From Escherichia coli O157:H7 (lineage in GTDB: Bacteria; Pseudomonadota; Gammaproteobacteria; Enterobacterales; Enterobacteriaceae), in NCBI RefSeq assembly GCF_013167455.1, contig NZ_CP038328.1: 64,000 bases of DNA; one strand, 5' to 3'. The notes below the pieces were generated by a model. The model searched no databases, was not told the origin of the DNA, and saw only the letters and a list, made by a program, of their open reading frames with translations. Shown here piece by piece: positions 45,118 to 58,524 of the stretch. A program made the position numbers and the translations under genes. Positions within the stretch are counted from its first letter, which is position 1. Each line of letters starts with the position of its first letter.

Positions 45118-45274
45118 GAATATTTTTTGGTAAGCGTCAAACATGCGCGTTCTGGTTGTGCTTAGCCGGAACCTGTGCGAGCACGATGCCGTTACGTGAA
45201 AGGCATCGTGCTATGAAGGGAGATTCTATCGATGTGGTCAATGGAAGACGGTTATCAGGGATAGGGCTTATGCA

Positions 45275-45362
45275 TAAAAAATAAGCCCGTGTAAGGGAGA
45301 TTACACAGGCTAAGGAGGTGGTTCCTGGTACAGCTAGCATTTTATGGGTTATGTTTTTCAGC
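45275..45362 (-). ncRNA. cyaR: CyaR (RyeE) Hfq-dependent sRNA
   Basis: Minus strand reads GCUGAAAAACAUAACCCAUAAAAUGCUAGCUGUACCAGGAACCACCUCCUUAGCCUGUGUAAUCUCCCUUACACGGGCUUAUUUUUU, matching CyaR as I recall it, including the terminator hairpin and U-run. Confidence 0.75.
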
Positions 45363-45446
45363 GAAACGGATGATAACCTTAATAAATGCAGCTGTATGTG
45401 ATCGGTTTCTAAGAATTTTCCATCCGGGAAAAATAATCGAAATTAA

Positions 45447-46808
45447 TCACTTACCGTGGGGGTTACGCGTAGTTTCCCCGGAGAAATTACGCATCAGCAG
45501 CGCGTAATTTAGCTCAAGATCCTGCGGCACCGGGAGCCACACAGTATAACCATCGCCTGGTGCTACCGGCATAGCTTCGCCTTTGGCGTTTTCCATGTGC
45601 TCAAGGGTAAAGTTAATGTTGCCTTGCGGCGTCATCAGCTCAAGGCTGTCGCCAACGGAGAATTTATTTTTCACCGCTACCGCCGCGAGGTCCCCCTTGC
45701 GCTCACCGGTAAACTCACCAACAAACTGCTGGCGGTCAGAAACTGAATAACCGTATTCGTAGTTCTGATAATCGTCGTGAGTATGACGACGCAGGAAACC
45801 TTCGGTATAGCCACGATGCGCCAGACCTTCCAGAGTTTCCAGCAGGCTGGTATCGAACGGTTTGCCCGCAGCGGCATCATCGATAGCTTTACGATAAACC
45901 TGTGCGGTGCGTGCGCAATAGTAGAAAGATTTAGTACGGCCTTCGATTTTCAGCGAATGCACGCCCATTTTGGTCAGGCGTTCTACATGGGCGATGGCGC
46001 GCAGATCTTTCGAGTTCATGATGTAAGTGCCGTGCTCATCTTCAAACGCGGTCATATACTCGCCCGGACGCTGGGCTTCTTCGATCATAAACACTTTGTC
46101 GGTTGGCGCGCCGATACCCAGCGTCGGCTCAACATTTTGCACCGGAATCGGCTCGTACTTGTGTACGATGTTGCCAACGTCATCTTCTTTCCCTTCCTGG
46201 ACGTTGTACTCCCAGCGGCAGGCGTTGGTGCAGGTACCCTGGTTCGGATCGCGCTTGTTGATATAGCCAGAGAGCAGGCAGCGACCGGAGTAGGCCATGC
46301 ACAGTGCGCCGTGAACGAAGATCTCGATCTCCATATCCGGCACCTGATTGCGGATCTCTTCAATCTCTTCCAGCGACAGCTCGCGAGAGAGGATCACGCG
46401 GGTCAGTCCCATTTGCTGCCAGAATTTCACCGTCGCCCAGTTCACGGCGTTAGCCTGTACCGAGAGATGGATCGGCATTTCAGGGAAGTGCTCACGCACC
46501 AGCATAATCAGCCCTGGATCGGACATAATCAGCGCATCCGGCCCCATTTCCACCACCGGTTTCAGGTCACGGATAAAGGTTTTCAGCTTGGCGTTGTGCG
46601 GTGCAATGTTGACCACGACATAAAACTTTTTCCCCAGCGCGTGGGCTTCATTGATGCCGAGCTGAAGGTTTTCGTGGTTGAATTCGTTGTTGCGCACACG
46701 CAGGGAGTAACGCGGCTGGCCCGCATAAACAGCATCTGCGCCATAAGCGAAAGCGTAACGCATATTTTTCAGCGTTCCCGCCGGGGAAAGGAGTTCCGGT
46801 TTAAACAT
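45447..46808 (-). CDS. yegQ: Peptidase U32-family protein YegQ
   Basis: 453-aa ORF with U32 family motifs. Confidence 0.85.
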   Translation of the reverse strand: MFKPELLSPAGTLKNMRYAFAYGADAVYAGQPRYSLRVRNNEFNHENLQLGINEAHALGKKFYVVVNIAPHNAKLKTFIRDLKPVVEMGPDALIMSDPGLIMLVREHFPEMPIHLSVQANAVNWATVKFWQQMGLTRVILSRELSLEEIEEIRNQVPDMEIEIFVHGALCMAYSGRCLLSGYINKRDPNQGTCTNACRWEYNVQEGKEDDVGNIVHKYEPIPVQNVEPTLGIGAPTDKVFMIEEAQRPGEYMTAFEDEHGTYIMNSKDLRAIAHVERLTKMGVHSLKIEGRTKSFYYCARTAQVYRKAIDDAAAGKPFDTSLLETLEGLAHRGYTEGFLRRHTHDDYQNYEYGYSVSDRQQFVGEFTGERKGDLAAVAVKNKFSVGDSLELMTPQGNINFTLEHMENAKGEAMPVAPGDGYTVWLPVPQDLELNYALLMRNFSGETTRNPHGK

Positions 46809-46955
46809 AATTCTCTCGTTCTGATGACAGGTCAGATCCGCTTCACCTGATGAAGCGGTTAGGGGAGTGCCCCCACTTTAAGGGCGGGCATTGTAGCGCT
46901 GTAGGGGGGATCTGGTAAAGCGCCGGACGCCAACAACCCACGCCCGGCATCGTAA

Positions 46956-47288
46956 TTACGTATTGTCTTTCACCGTCTGGCTTGTGCCATTGGCTTTAAC
47001 GGAGGCAATTCCGGTTTCACGAGATTGCGCGGTGGCATACATCTGGCTGGAGCCGATAATTTGATGATTGGCGGCTTTCAGATTGAAATAGAATTTGCCG
47101 TTGCTTGCCGTTTTTTTCTCATAGCGTTCTTCTTGCGGGCTGTTGCTACGCACCGACGCGATGCCCTTTTCCGCAGAGGCTTTTGAGGTATACAGCTCGC
47201 TGGTGAGGATCGTCTCACCATTGCCCGCTTTTAGCACAAACCGGAACTGACTATCACTGCTCTTACTGAGTTCAAACCAACCAGCCAT
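46956..47288 (-). CDS. yegP: UPF0339-family small protein YegP (tandem DUF1508 repeats)
   Basis: Start MAGWFELSKSSDSQFRFVLKAGNGE; internal duplication (…KASAEKGIASV… / …AQSRETGIASV…); 110 aa. Confidence 0.7.
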   Translation of the reverse strand: MAGWFELSKSSDSQFRFVLKAGNGETILTSELYTSKASAEKGIASVRSNSPQEERYEKKTASNGKFYFNLKAANHQIIGSSQMYATAQSRETGIASVKANGTSQTVKDNT

Positions 47289-47478
47289 AATGACTCCTTG
47301 ATTGAAATTGCGTATCGAAAACAGCATCTAAAGGTGCTGTTTACCGATTAAAGTATGAGCGATTTTCTGATGCCTGCCAGGGCGGAGAGATAATGTCAGT
47401 TTGCTGACCATGCGTGGGATAATGTTGCCGGATCTGGTCTGAATGCCATCTCGGGCTAACAAAGTAATGTCGCTAAAA

Positions 47479-48201
47479 CTAAACGATGCGGCAGGCGTCG
47501 GCTTCCCAGCGGTAACCGACGCCGTAAACGGCGCGGATAAATGACTGTTCGGCGTCGAGAGATTCCAGCTTGCGGCGCAGGTTTTTAATGTGGCTGTCGA
47601 TGGTACGGTCGGTTACTACGCGGTAGTCGTCATAAAGATGATTGAGCAATTGCTCGCGGGAGAACACTTTTCCTGGTTCATGAGAGAGCGTTTTCAGCAG
47701 ACGAAATTCCGCAGGCGTCAGGTCAAGCATTTTACCGCGCCATGAAGCCTGAAAACGACCTTCGTCGATAATCAACGGGCTTTCAGCATCCTGTTGCTGC
47801 AACTCACGCTGCGGTTTGCAACGGCGCAAAATGGTTTTGACACGCGCTACCACTTCCCGTGGGCTGTACGGCTTGCAAATGTAGTCATCTGCGCCAATCT
47901 CCAGCCCTAGCAGGCGGTCGATCTCTTCGATTTTTGCTGTCACCATCACGATAGGAATGTCAGAAAAACGACGAATTTCCCGGCACAGCGTCAGGCCATC
48001 GGTGCCAGGGAGCATCAGATCCAACAGGATCAGATCCGGCGGCGTCTGGCGCACGTACGACAGTACCTGATCGCCGTGGCTGATAAGCGTCGGCGCATAG
48101 CTCGCAGCACGCAGATAATCAATGAGCAACTGTCCCAGCTTCGGTTCATCTTCCACGATCAAAATACGCGGTGTGTTTTCGTCGATTGGTAACTCGGTCA
48201 T
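47479..48201 (-). CDS. baeR: OmpR-family response regulator BaeR
   Basis: 240-aa ORF with receiver domain (ILIVEDE, phospho-acceptor D in [10 protein letters not shown]) and wHTH. Confidence 0.9.
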   Translation of the reverse strand: MTELPIDENTPRILIVEDEPKLGQLLIDYLRAASYAPTLISHGDQVLSYVRQTPPDLILLDLMLPGTDGLTLCREIRRFSDIPIVMVTAKIEEIDRLLGLEIGADDYICKPYSPREVVARVKTILRRCKPQRELQQQDAESPLIIDEGRFQASWRGKMLDLTPAEFRLLKTLSHEPGKVFSREQLLNHLYDDYRVVTDRTIDSHIKNLRRKLESLDAEQSFIRAVYGVGYRWEADACRIV

Positions 48202-49601
48202 ACTTCTCTCTGTAAATCCCGTTCCAGCGGTAACTCTACTGTAATGCTTACCCCGCCAAAAGGCGAATGGGCGGCAATAATGCGGCCATTATGTGCTTCA
48301 ACAATGTTCAGGCAAATCGCCAGCCCCAGCCCGGAACCGCCGCTGGCGCGGTTGCGGGAACCTTCGGTGCGATAAAAACGTTCAAACAATTTTTGTAGCT
48401 GATCGTCACTGACACCTGGCGCACTGTCGGCAAAGGTCAGGCGCACCGTTTTGTCGTGCTGCTCGGCAGAGATTTTCAGGCTGCCGCCGCTGTCAGTGTA
48501 GCGCAGGCTGTTTTCCAGTAAGTTATTGAATAACTGCATTAAACGGTCGCGATCGCCAAATACGGTGATACTGTCTGGCAGGGAAAATTGCAGTTTCAGG
48601 CCACGGCTGGCAAATCGTTCGCGAAATGCGCCGCCTGCCACTTCCAGCAGTGGGATCAAATCTACCGGTGCTTTTTGATAGGCGAGAGCGCCTTCATCAG
48701 ACATCGACAACTGATGAAGATCGTCAACCAGTTTGGTCAGTGTACCGACCTCCGCCTGTAAAGACGCCACCGTCTCCGGCGTGAATTTGCGCACGCCATC
48801 CTGAATGGCTTCCAGTTCACCGCGCAGCACCGCTAATGGCGTACGCAGTTCGTGAGAAATATCGGCCATAAAATCGCGCCGCATTTGCTGGTTTTTCTCC
48901 AGCGTGCTGGCGAGCTGGTTGAAGTCTTGCGCCAGTTTGCCCAGTTCATCTTCACTGGTGGGCGTTACGCGGGTAGTGAAATCGCCCGCCGCCAGTTTGT
49001 GCGTGCCATCGACAAGTCGTTTTACCGGTGCCAGCAAACCGCGCGCCAGCAGAAAAGTAGCGAGTGCCGCGAGTAACGTTGCCAGGGCGACAATCAGCCA
49101 GCTGGTTTGCCGCTGTTGTTTATCGAAATTGATATCAGTATTGCGGGTCAGCCGCTCAACAGGGGAGGCAATCACCGCGCCCACTTCCGCACCGTTGACC
49201 AGAATGGGTCGCCGTGTACCGTCAGGTGGAATCGGCGCTCGCGGACCAACCAGCACCTTGTTGTTTTGATCAACCACCCAGAACTGAGTACGCCAGCCGT
49301 GTGGTGGCATACCCGGGCCGGGTTTATCTTCCGAATTATCGTGTTCAAATGAACGCAGGATCTGAAAGACAAAGCGATCATTGTTGCGCAGGAAGCGCCA
49401 GTTGCCATGCTGCGCATACTGCTCGCCAAGCGCATCACTTAACAGTTGTAATCGCTGTTCATTACCATGCTTGATGTAATCAATAAAGCCACGCTCAAAA
49501 CTGATACGCACCGCCCAGTGCATACTGATCAGCAAGACAATGCAGGTGGCGAAAATCGCCAGAAACAGTTTGCCGGTAATACCAGGTCGCCAGAACTTCA
49601 T
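48198..49601 (-). CDS. baeS: Envelope-stress sensor histidine kinase BaeS
   Basis: 467-aa ORF with two TM segments, HAMP, H-box (SHELRTPL) and ATPase domain; overlaps baeR start. Confidence 0.9.
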   Translation of the reverse strand: MKFWRPGITGKLFLAIFATCIVLLISMHWAVRISFERGFIDYIKHGNEQRLQLLSDALGEQYAQHGNWRFLRNNDRFVFQILRSFEHDNSEDKPGPGMPPHGWRTQFWVVDQNNKVLVGPRAPIPPDGTRRPILVNGAEVGAVIASPVERLTRNTDINFDKQQRQTSWLIVALATLLAALATFLLARGLLAPVKRLVDGTHKLAAGDFTTRVTPTSEDELGKLAQDFNQLASTLEKNQQMRRDFMADISHELRTPLAVLRGELEAIQDGVRKFTPETVASLQAEVGTLTKLVDDLHQLSMSDEGALAYQKAPVDLIPLLEVAGGAFRERFASRGLKLQFSLPDSITVFGDRDRLMQLFNNLLENSLRYTDSGGSLKISAEQHDKTVRLTFADSAPGVSDDQLQKLFERFYRTEGSRNRASGGSGLGLAICLNIVEAHNGRIIAAHSPFGGVSITVELPLERDLQREV

Positions 49602-51013
49602 TGCGCGCTCCTTTTTCGCCGCGAAATAGCTACATTTTGATGCGTATCGTTCGGCACTCTGGCAAAGATGAACGCCGGAAGGGCGATGATAAACGCCATG
49701 CTAAGCCAGGTGTACATAAAGACGGTTTGTGTGGTGCTGCTGTCGACGCTGACATGCTGCGAACCAAAAAGTCCCAGCAACAGCCCGGCGATGGTGACGC
49801 CGATACTCATCGACAATTGCATAATCATCGACAGCAGACTGTTGCCGCTGCTCGCCAGATTGTCCGGGAGATCTTTCAGCGTCAGGGTGTTCATGGAGGA
49901 GAAACGGGTCGAGTTGACCATCCCTTGTAAAAACAGGACGAACGGCAAAACGTAGTACCAGCCCAACAGAGCGGTAGTCATAAACAACAGGGTGACCAGC
50001 GACAGACCCAGCGTGGTCGCTACCAGTACCCGACGATAACCAAAGCGATTCACCACCTGTACAACAATCCGCTTCATCCCCATGCTGCCAAGCACCATCG
50101 GGATCATCATCAGTCCGGCATGAAACGGTGAGAAGCCAAGGCCAATTTGCAGGAAAACCGGCGTCATAAAGGGCAACATGCCGCTACCGATACGTCCGGC
50201 AAAGCTCCCCGCCAGGCCCAGCGAAAAGGTACGAGTGCGGAACAGTTTCAGACTGAAAAGAGCGCGGTTGTTATTTCTGGCGTGCAGCAGATAAAGCACC
50301 AGTGCCACCACACCAACTGCGACCAGGCCAGTAATCGCCAGCGGCGATAAACCTGTACCTTTACTGCCGTCCAGCGCCAGGGTTAATACCGCCATGCCAA
50401 CCGCCAGCAATAAAAAGCCGGAAAGATCAAAGCGCCGCGTCTGCATGGTGTAGTTCGGCATTAACATCAATGTGGCGATCGCACCGATAATCCCCACCGG
50501 AATGTTGATCAAAAAGATCCAGTGCCACGACGCGTACTCCACCAGCAGACCGCCGAGCGCCGGACCGAGCAGCGGACCGACCTGACCGGGTAACGTGACA
50601 AAGGTCATCGCCGCCATATATTGCTCGCGCGGTACGATTTTCATCACCGTCAACCTGCCGACCGGCACCATCATCGCACCGCCAACGCCCTGTAACGCGC
50701 GTGCCAGCAACAGTTCGTTCAGCGTGCCGGAAAGCGCGCAAAACAGTGAACCGAGAGTAAACAGCACGATAGCGGTAAAGAAAATATTGCGCACGCCGAC
50801 TTTGTCCGCCAGCCAGCCGCTGGCGGGCAGCATCACCGCCACGGTCAGCACATAAGAGACAATGACCATGTGCATATGCAACGGACTTTCCCCGAGGCTT
50901 TGCGCCATTGAGGGAAGGGCGGTGTTTACGATGGTGGTGTCCAGCGACTGCATAAAGAAGCCGAAAGCCACAATCCACAATTGCCAGCGGGTGCTGTCGG
51001 GAAGATCTGTCAT
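49598..51013 (-). CDS. mdtD: MFS transporter MdtD
   Basis: 471-aa 14-TM-like MFS protein between mdtC and baeS. Confidence 0.9.
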   Translation of the reverse strand: MTDLPDSTRWQLWIVAFGFFMQSLDTTIVNTALPSMAQSLGESPLHMHMVIVSYVLTVAVMLPASGWLADKVGVRNIFFTAIVLFTLGSLFCALSGTLNELLLARALQGVGGAMMVPVGRLTVMKIVPREQYMAAMTFVTLPGQVGPLLGPALGGLLVEYASWHWIFLINIPVGIIGAIATLMLMPNYTMQTRRFDLSGFLLLAVGMAVLTLALDGSKGTGLSPLAITGLVAVGVVALVLYLLHARNNNRALFSLKLFRTRTFSLGLAGSFAGRIGSGMLPFMTPVFLQIGLGFSPFHAGLMMIPMVLGSMGMKRIVVQVVNRFGYRRVLVATTLGLSLVTLLFMTTALLGWYYVLPFVLFLQGMVNSTRFSSMNTLTLKDLPDNLASSGNSLLSMIMQLSMSIGVTIAGLLLGLFGSQHVSVDSSTTQTVFMYTWLSMAFIIALPAFIFARVPNDTHQNVAISRRKRSAQ

Positions 51014-54000
51014 TTACTCGGTTACCGTTTGTTTAGATTTACGCGAAAAACGCAGCCGCAGACGGTCGAAAAAGAGATATACCACCGGCGTGGTATACAG
51101 CGTCAGGAGCTGACTCATCACCAGACCGCCGACAATGGTGATCCCCAAGGGTTGCCGCAGCTCCGAGCCGTCACCGCCCGACAACACCAGCGGCAGCGCG
51201 CCAAACAGCGCCGCCAGGGTAGTCATCATAATCGGGCGAAAACGCAGCAGACAGGCCTGGAAAATAGCTTCCTGCGGCGTCAGGTTACCGTGCCGTTGGG
51301 CTTCAAGCGCAAAATCGACCATCATAATGGCGTTTTTCTTCACAATGCCGATTAATAGCATGATCCCTATCAGGGCGATTAGGCTGAACGGGGCATTGAA
51401 CAGCTCCAGCGCCAGCAGCGCTCCAACGCCCGCCGAGGGCAGGGTGGAGAGAATCGTCAGCGGATGTACGTAACTCTCGTAAAGGATACCCAGCACGATA
51501 TACACCGTGGCGATGGCGGCGATAATCAGGATCACCTGTGAGTTCATCGTCTCCTGGAACACCTGCGCCGTGCCGGCAAAACTGCCGCGCACCGTCGAAG
51601 GCACACCAAGCTGGGTCATTGCGCGATCGATCGCCGCACTGGCGTCCGAGAGCGATTTTCCGGTCGGCAGGTTGAACGAGATGGTCGAGGCTGCCGATAA
51701 TCCCTGATGATTCACCGATAGTGGGGCATTCGCCGGTTGCCATTTAGCGAAATACGACAGCGGGATCGCTTTTCCTTCGTTATTGATTACGAACATTTTT
51801 TCCAGCGCGCTGATGTCCTGGGTATAGCGCGGATCCACTTCCATCACCACTTTATACTGGTTCATCGGCTGGTAAATGGTCGAGATTTGCCGCTGACCGA
51901 AGGCGTTATTTAACAGGCTGTTGGCGGCCTGTACGTCGATTCCCAGCCGTGCCATGGTGTCGCGATCGTAAACCAGATTCATCTCCGCGCCGTTATCCTG
52001 CTGATCGGAGTTCACGTCCGCCAGTTCCGGCAATGTCGCCAGTTTTTTGCGGATTTTCGGCTCCCATTCGCGCAGTGCCGCCAGGTCGTCGGATAACAAC
52101 GTGTACTGGTAGCTGGCGTTCGACTGACGTCCGCCAACGCGAATATCCTGTACCGCCATCAGGAACAGATTCGCCCCCGGTTCTTTCGCCAGCTTCACGC
52201 GTAGACGGTCAATAATTTGCTGCGCTGTTTCGCTGCGTTCGTCGCGTGGCTTGAGGGTGATAAACATCATCCCGCTGTTCACTCGCGAACCGCCGGTAAA
52301 GCCGGTGACATTATCCACTGCCGGATCGTCACGGATAATTTTCATGAAATCCTGCAACTTACCGCGCATCGCCTGAAACGAAATACTCTGATCCGCCTGT
52401 ATCCCGCCCATCAACACGCCAGTGTCCTGCTCCGGGAAGAAGGTTTTCGGAATCGAGATATATAGCCAGATATTCAAAGCAATGGTGCCAAGCAGCACCA
52501 TGCCCACCAGACGGGTATGATTGAGCACCCATTTCAGTGACTTACCATAGCCTTGTTGCAGGGCTACCAACATGCGACCAAAACCACGCAGTCGCTTTTG
52601 CTCGCGCGGCTTGCTGGCTTTCAGCATCCAGCCACACATCATTGGCGTTAATGTCAGAGAAACCAGCAACGAAATACCAATGGCGATAGAAAGCGTCACG
52701 GCAAACTCGCGTAACAGTCGGCCCGGCAATCCGCCCATCAACAGCAGCGGCAGGAACACCGCCACCAGCGACAGACTCATCGACAGCACCGTAAAACCGA
52801 CTTCGCGAGTACCTTGCAGTGCGGCTTGCAACGGTTTCATTCCCGCTTCCAGATGACGTGCAATGTTTTCCAGCACCACGATGGCGTCATCCACCACGAA
52901 ACCAGTAGCGATGGTGAGCGCCATTAACGAAAGGTTATTGAGACTGAATCCGCACAGGTACATCGCCGCAAACGTACCAATCAGCGAAACCGGCACCGCA
53001 ACGGCGGGAATAATAGTGGCGCGACCCGAGCGCAGGAATAAAAAGACCACCAGAATCACCAGCGCCACCGAGATAATCAGCGTTTGCTCGACTTCTTCCA
53101 GCGAGGCGCGAATGGTGGGGGAGCGATCCTGGGCAATTTGCAGATCAATCGCCGCCGGAATGGTTTCCTGCAACTCCGGTAATTTTGCCCGGATGCTGTC
53201 TACCGTCTGGATAATATTGGCTTCCGGCAATTTGCGGATCATCAGTAAAATAGCCGGTTTGGCGTTGGTCATCCCGGCGTTGCGCACATCCTGCACTGAG
53301 TCGGTCACCGTCGCCACATCGCCCAGACGAACCGCGCCGCCGTTGTTGTAGTGAATAATCAGCGGCTGATATTCAGCGGCGGTTTTCAGTTCATCGTTGG
53401 TCTGGATCTGCCAGCGGTGAGTGCCATCTTCCAGCGCCCCCTGCGGTTTACGCACGTTGGCATTGCTGATGGCAGTGCGTACGTCGTCCAGCGACACGCC
53501 CTGATTAAACAGCGCCTGCGGGTTCAGCCCGACGCGCACGGCGGGCAGCGAGCTGCCGCCGACATCGACATCACCGACACCGTCGATTTGCGAAATCGTC
53601 GGAGCCAGCTGCGTCGAGGCGAAATCGTACAGTTCACCCTGCGAATAAGTATCGGAGGTTAGCGTGAGGATCATAATTGGCGCATCCGACGGGTTCGCTT
53701 TGCGATAAGTCGGGCGGCTGGGCATCCCACTGGGCAGCAGACTTTGTGCGGCGTTGATCGCCGCCTGCACATCACGCGCCGCACCGTTGATATCCCGGTC
53801 AAAATCAAACTGCAAAATAATACGCGTGCTGCCGAGCGAACTGCTGGAGGTCATTTCACTGACCCCGGCAATGCGCCCAAGTGAGCGCTCCAGCGGCGTG
53901 GCAACGGAAGACGCCATTGTCTCCGGCGACGCACCGGGCAGCGAGGCGCTGACCATAATCACCGGAAAATCGACCTGCGGCAGCGGGGCGACCGGCAGCA

Positions 54001-54091
54001 TACGGAAACCCAGTATGCCGCACAGGGTAATGGCGACCGACAGTAAAATCGTCGCCACCGGGCGGTAAATGAAGAGGGCAAAAAACTTCAC
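51014..54091 (-). CDS. mdtC: RND multidrug efflux pump subunit MdtC
   Basis: 1025-aa RND permease; paralogous to adjacent MdtB. Confidence 0.95.
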   Translation of the reverse strand: MKFFALFIYRPVATILLSVAITLCGILGFRMLPVAPLPQVDFPVIMVSASLPGASPETMASSVATPLERSLGRIAGVSEMTSSSSLGSTRIILQFDFDRDINGAARDVQAAINAAQSLLPSGMPSRPTYRKANPSDAPIMILTLTSDTYSQGELYDFASTQLAPTISQIDGVGDVDVGGSSLPAVRVGLNPQALFNQGVSLDDVRTAISNANVRKPQGALEDGTHRWQIQTNDELKTAAEYQPLIIHYNNGGAVRLGDVATVTDSVQDVRNAGMTNAKPAILLMIRKLPEANIIQTVDSIRAKLPELQETIPAAIDLQIAQDRSPTIRASLEEVEQTLIISVALVILVVFLFLRSGRATIIPAVAVPVSLIGTFAAMYLCGFSLNNLSLMALTIATGFVVDDAIVVLENIARHLEAGMKPLQAALQGTREVGFTVLSMSLSLVAVFLPLLLMGGLPGRLLREFAVTLSIAIGISLLVSLTLTPMMCGWMLKASKPREQKRLRGFGRMLVALQQGYGKSLKWVLNHTRLVGMVLLGTIALNIWLYISIPKTFFPEQDTGVLMGGIQADQSISFQAMRGKLQDFMKIIRDDPAVDNVTGFTGGSRVNSGMMFITLKPRDERSETAQQIIDRLRVKLAKEPGANLFLMAVQDIRVGGRQSNASYQYTLLSDDLAALREWEPKIRKKLATLPELADVNSDQQDNGAEMNLVYDRDTMARLGIDVQAANSLLNNAFGQRQISTIYQPMNQYKVVMEVDPRYTQDISALEKMFVINNEGKAIPLSYFAKWQPANAPLSVNHQGLSAASTISFNLPTGKSLSDASAAIDRAMTQLGVPSTVRGSFAGTAQVFQETMNSQVILIIAAIATVYIVLGILYESYVHPLTILSTLPSAGVGALLALELFNAPFSLIALIGIMLLIGIVKKNAIMMVDFALEAQRHGNLTPQEAIFQACLLRFRPIMMTTLAALFGALPLVLSGGDGSELRQPLGITIVGGLVMSQLLTLYTTPVVYLFFDRLRLRFSRKSKQTVTE

Positions 54092-57000
54092 TTACGCCTC
54101 CTCTTCATGGCGAGCAAAGCGACTTTTGGTCCACAATGCCAGGCGGTCAAACAGCAGATAAATCACCGGCGTGGTGAACAGCGTCAGCACCTGGCTGACA
54201 ATCAGGCCGCCGACCATGCCGATACCTAACGGACGACGTAGTTCCGCGCCGACCCCGGTACTCAACATCAGCGGCAGCGCGCCAAGCAGAGCCGCCAGGG
54301 TGGTCATCAGGATCGGACGAAAACGCAACAGACAAGCCTGGTAGATTGCATCGCGCGGCGACATGCCTTGCTCGCGCTCAGCAGCCAGCGCGAAGTCGAT
54401 CATCATGATGGCGTTCTTCTTCACGATACCGATCAGCAAAATAATGCCGATAATCGCAATCACATCCAGTTCGCTACCGGCAATCATTAACGCCAGCAGG
54501 GCGCCAACACCTGCCGTGGGTAGCGTCGAGAGAATGGTGATCGGGTGAATAAAGCTCTCGTACAGAATGCCGAGCACGATATACATCGCCACCACCGCCG
54601 CGACAATCAGCCAGACAGTGCTGCCCAGCGCCGACTGGAAGGCGAGGGTGCTGCCCTGGAATTGCGTGGTGATATCCACCGGCAGATTCAGCGTCTTCTC
54701 GGTGTCCATAATTGCCTGCACCGCATCGCCCAGCGAATAGTTATCCGGCACGTTAAAGGAGATGGTCGTTACCGGGAACTGATCCAGATGGTTGATGGAA
54801 AGCGGCGCAAAACGCTGCTCAATTTTGGCAATTGAGCTTAGCGGCACCACGCCGCCGTCGCTGCTGGTCAGGCGAATGGTATCCAGCGCCGCGAGGCCTG
54901 GGGTATTTTCGGTATTGTGCTCCAGCACTACACGATACTGGTTAGCCTGAGTATAAATAGTGGAAATCAGTCGCTGACCAAACGCGTTGTACAGGGCGTT
55001 ATCGACATCCGCCATGCTGATCCCCAGACGGCTGGCGCTGTCGCGATCAACATTGACATACGCCACCAGCCCTTTGTCCTGCCAGTCGCTGGAGACATCA
55101 GAAATCTGTGGCAGCTGCTGGAGTTTTTCCATCAACTGTGGCACCCAGGTACTGAGCGCATCCAGTGACGTGGCCTGCAAGGTAAACTGGTACTGGGTGC
55201 GGCTGACCTGAGTATCGATGGTCAGGTCCTGCGTTGGTTGCAGGAAGAGATCGACGCCCGGCACTTTATCCACCGCCGTTTGCAGACGGGCGATGACTTT
55301 TTGCACCCGATCATCACGTTCATCCAACGGTTTGAGGTTGATCTGCAAACGCGCACTGTTCAGCGACGGGTTAGTGCCATCAACGCCAACAAATGAGGTC
55401 AGACTTTGCACTGCCGGATCCTGCAAAATCACGTCCGCGACCTGGCGTTGCCGCTGGGCCATATTGGCAAAGGAGCTGGATTGCGGTGCCTGCAAAGTGC
55501 CCTGAATAATGCCGTTATCCTGTACCGGGAAGAAACCTTTCGGAATGAACACCCACAATAGAACGCTAAGCAGCAGCGTGCTGAGCGCCACGCTTAAGGT
55601 CAGCCACGGATGATTCAGCACTTTCGCCAGTCCACGACCATAGGCGGCGATTATCCTGTCGAACATTTTTTCCGAGGCACGGGAGAAGCGGTTCTGTTTA
55701 CGCAACGACTCCTGGCTGAGCATCCGTGCGCACATCATCGGTGTCAGGGTTAGCGACACCACGGCTGAGATTAAAATCGCTACCGCCAGGGTAATAGCAA
55801 ATTCGCGGAACAGTCGCCCGACGATATCGCCCATAAACAGCAGTGGGATCAACACCGCAATCAGCGAGAAGGTCAGCGAGATAATGGTAAAGCCGATTTC
55901 ACCTGCGCCTTTGAGCGCCGCCGCCAACGGTTTTTCGCCTTTTTCGATATAGCGGGAAATATTTTCGATCACCACGATGGCGTCATCGACCACGAACCCG
56001 GTGGCGATAGTTAACGCCATCAGCGTCAGGTTATTGATTGAAAAATCGAGAAACACCATGACCGCGAAGGTGCCGATTAACGACAGCGGCACTGCAACGC
56101 CGGGAATGATGGTCGCCGGAATATTGCGCAAAAACAGGTAGATAATCATGACTACCAGCGCGATAGCCATCATCAATTCAAACTGAGTATCATCGACGGA
56201 TGCGCGGATATTGGTGGTACGGTCAGAAAGTACCGTCACCTTCACCGATTTCGGCAGACTCTCGGTGAGCTGTGGCAGCATCTGCCGGATGCTGTCGGCG
56301 GTGGAGATAATGTTAGCACCGGGCTGGCGCTGAACATTCATCACAATGGCCTGTTCTTTATTCGCCCATGCGCCGAGCCAGCTGTTTTCTGCACCTTGCT
56401 CTACAGTTGCGACATCGCCCAGACGAATCGGCGCGCCGTTCTGGTAGGCGATGATTAGCTGGCGATACTCTTCGGCGGATTGCATCTGGTCGTTAGCGGA
56501 AAGCGTAACCGCACGGGAAGGGCCGTCAAGGCTACCTTTAGCCGAGTTAACGTTAGCGCCGGTAATGGCGGTGCGCACGGTTTCGCTGGTCAGGCCGAGG
56601 GCGGCAATCGCCTGAGCGTTAAGTTTGACGCGAACAGCCGGACGCTGGCCGCCGGAAAGCGTCACCAGGCCGACGCCGGAAATCTGCGAGATTTTCTGCG
56701 CGACGCGGGTTTCCACCATATCTTCCACTTGCGTCATCGGCATGGCTGTTGAGGTGACGGCGAGCGTCATGATCGGCGGATCTGCCGGGTTCACTTTGCT
56801 GTAAACCGGCGGGTTAGGCAGATCGCTCGGCAACAAGTTGGTCGCAGCGTTAATCGCGGCCTGCACTTCCTGCTCGGCGACATCCAGCGGTAATGTTAGC
56901 TGGAACTGTAAAGTGATAACTGACGCACCGCCGGAACTTTGCGACGACATCTGTTTCAGGCCAGACATCTGCCCGAACTGGCGTTCGAGCGGCGCGGTAA

Positions 57001-57214
57001 CGGCAGAGGTCATGACATCCGGGCTCGCACCTGGGTAGAGCGTGACCACCTGAATGGTCGGATAGTCCACTTCCGGCAGCGCCGAAACGGGCAGGGCGCG
57101 ATAACCGATAATCCCGGCGAGTAAGATCGCCACCATCAGCAGCGTGGTGGCCACAGGACGCATAATAAACAGGCGCGACGGGCCGCCTGTGCTGCTCGGG
57201 GGTAACACTTGCAT
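54092..57214 (-). CDS. mdtB: RND multidrug efflux pump subunit MdtB
   Basis: 1040-aa RND permease; start overlaps mdtA stop. Confidence 0.95.
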   Translation of the reverse strand: MQVLPPSSTGGPSRLFIMRPVATTLLMVAILLAGIIGYRALPVSALPEVDYPTIQVVTLYPGASPDVMTSAVTAPLERQFGQMSGLKQMSSQSSGGASVITLQFQLTLPLDVAEQEVQAAINAATNLLPSDLPNPPVYSKVNPADPPIMTLAVTSTAMPMTQVEDMVETRVAQKISQISGVGLVTLSGGQRPAVRVKLNAQAIAALGLTSETVRTAITGANVNSAKGSLDGPSRAVTLSANDQMQSAEEYRQLIIAYQNGAPIRLGDVATVEQGAENSWLGAWANKEQAIVMNVQRQPGANIISTADSIRQMLPQLTESLPKSVKVTVLSDRTTNIRASVDDTQFELMMAIALVVMIIYLFLRNIPATIIPGVAVPLSLIGTFAVMVFLDFSINNLTLMALTIATGFVVDDAIVVIENISRYIEKGEKPLAAALKGAGEIGFTIISLTFSLIAVLIPLLFMGDIVGRLFREFAITLAVAILISAVVSLTLTPMMCARMLSQESLRKQNRFSRASEKMFDRIIAAYGRGLAKVLNHPWLTLSVALSTLLLSVLLWVFIPKGFFPVQDNGIIQGTLQAPQSSSFANMAQRQRQVADVILQDPAVQSLTSFVGVDGTNPSLNSARLQINLKPLDERDDRVQKVIARLQTAVDKVPGVDLFLQPTQDLTIDTQVSRTQYQFTLQATSLDALSTWVPQLMEKLQQLPQISDVSSDWQDKGLVAYVNVDRDSASRLGISMADVDNALYNAFGQRLISTIYTQANQYRVVLEHNTENTPGLAALDTIRLTSSDGGVVPLSSIAKIEQRFAPLSINHLDQFPVTTISFNVPDNYSLGDAVQAIMDTEKTLNLPVDITTQFQGSTLAFQSALGSTVWLIVAAVVAMYIVLGILYESFIHPITILSTLPTAGVGALLALMIAGSELDVIAIIGIILLIGIVKKNAIMMIDFALAAEREQGMSPRDAIYQACLLRFRPILMTTLAALLGALPLMLSTGVGAELRRPLGIGMVGGLIVSQVLTLFTTPVIYLLFDRLALWTKSRFARHEEEA

Positions 57215-58461
57215 CAGGAGCGAGCTCCTTTTTTCGCGTATTCGCGGCTGGTGGCTTTCTCTTCCGGAGTGGTGGCGCTCTGGGCTTCCACCACTTCCAC
57301 TTTCGCCCCTTCGGTCAGGCGATCAATGCCGTCTGTCACCACGCGATCGCCCGCAGAAATACCTGCGCGGATCACCACTTTCTGACTGTCCTGAATGCCC
57401 GGCGTCACCAGATGTTTGCTGACCTTGTTTTCGCTATTCAGCACCCAGACAAAATGGCCTTCATTGCCCATTTGCAGGGCGGCTGTTGGGATCACTACGG
57501 CGTTTTGTTCGGTGTCGACTAACATGCGCGCGTTAACAAACTGATTGGGAAACAGCGCATCATCCTGATTATTAAAGCGTGCTTTCACTTTAATCGTACC
57601 GGTAGTGGCATCGATTTGGTTATCGAGACTTAACAGCGTGCCTTCACTTAATTTCTTCGAGTTGGTGCGATCCCAGGCTTCTACCACCAGCGGTTTTCCG
57701 GCTTTTTGCGCCTGCACGACGGTAGCGATATCGCTTTCCGGCAGGGTAAAGAGCAAATCGATAGGATGCGTCTGGGTGATCACCACGATCCCGGTGGTAT
57801 CACCACTGGAGATTTGGTTACCAACATCAACCTGCTTGAGACCAACGCGACCATCGACTGGTGCGGTAATACGGCTCCAGTCGAGTTGCAGCTGCGCGCT
57901 GGCGACGCTTGCTTCATCAGCCTTAATGGTGCCTTCGGTTTCACTGACCAGCGCCTGTTGGGCATCCAGCTCCTGGCGGGAGACGAGATTGGTTTTTGCC
58001 AGTTGCTGATAACGCGCCAGATCACGGCGGGCGTTGGTAAGCGTGGCTTTATCTTTTGCCAGTTGGCCCTGGGCTTGTGCTAATGCAACTTTGAACTGGC
58101 TGGGGTCAATTTCTGCCAGTAAATCGCCAGCTTTGACCTGCTGGCCTTCCTGGAAATGTAACGCCATCAGTTGACCGTCCACGCGGCTACGCACCGTAAC
58201 AGTATTAGCAGCGGTAATGGTGCCAAGCCCGGTGAGGTAACGCGGAACTGCCTGTTCTACGGCGGTCGCCGCCTGAACCGGGGCTAATGGGCCGGAACGC
58301 ATACCACGGCGACCACCCGCTGGCGATTGCTGCGCTTGTTTCGTCGCCCCTGGGGCTGCACTCTGGGAGTCATTGCGGCCTTGCCAGAACCAGAATGCGG
58401 CGATGGCGGCGATAACTACCACGATTACGATTACCCAACGGGATTTATAACTGCCTTTCAT
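57214..58461 (-). CDS. mdtA: RND efflux membrane-fusion protein MdtA
   Basis: Start [26 protein letters not shown] (ATG 58461, SD aggaagag); 415 aa. Confidence 0.9.
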   Translation of the reverse strand: MKGSYKSRWVIVIVVVIAAIAAFWFWQGRNDSQSAAPGATKQAQQSPAGGRRGMRSGPLAPVQAATAVEQAVPRYLTGLGTITAANTVTVRSRVDGQLMALHFQEGQQVKAGDLLAEIDPSQFKVALAQAQGQLAKDKATLTNARRDLARYQQLAKTNLVSRQELDAQQALVSETEGTIKADEASVASAQLQLDWSRITAPVDGRVGLKQVDVGNQISSGDTTGIVVITQTHPIDLLFTLPESDIATVVQAQKAGKPLVVEAWDRTNSKKLSEGTLLSLDNQIDATTGTIKVKARFNNQDDALFPNQFVNARMLVDTEQNAVVIPTAALQMGNEGHFVWVLNSENKVSKHLVTPGIQDSQKVVIRAGISAGDRVVTDGIDRLTEGAKVEVVEAQSATTPEEKATSREYAKKGARS

Positions 58462-58506
58462 CGTTAAGAGTTTCTCTTCCTGAAACGTTTCGCGGAATGA
58501 TACTAG

Positions 58507-58524
58507 TGTAGCCAGCCAATAAGG
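58507..58524 (-). promoter_or_regulatory. BaeR-box-like sequence upstream of mdtA
   Basis: Plus strand gccaataagggagaaaaa is the complement of TTTTTCTCCCTTATTGGC, one mismatch from the BaeR consensus TTTTTCTCCATDATTGGC as I recall it. Confidence 0.45.

Noticed and set aside
45777-46850. 357-aa plus-strand ORF
   Set aside because: Antisense to yegQ (U32 peptidase), which has the better-supported frame and start context; shadow ORF.
47320-47343. Hairpin aaacagcatctaaaggtgctgttt between yegP and baeR as a baeR terminator
   Set aside because: Imperfect stem and no clear U-run on the relevant strand; not strong enough to call.
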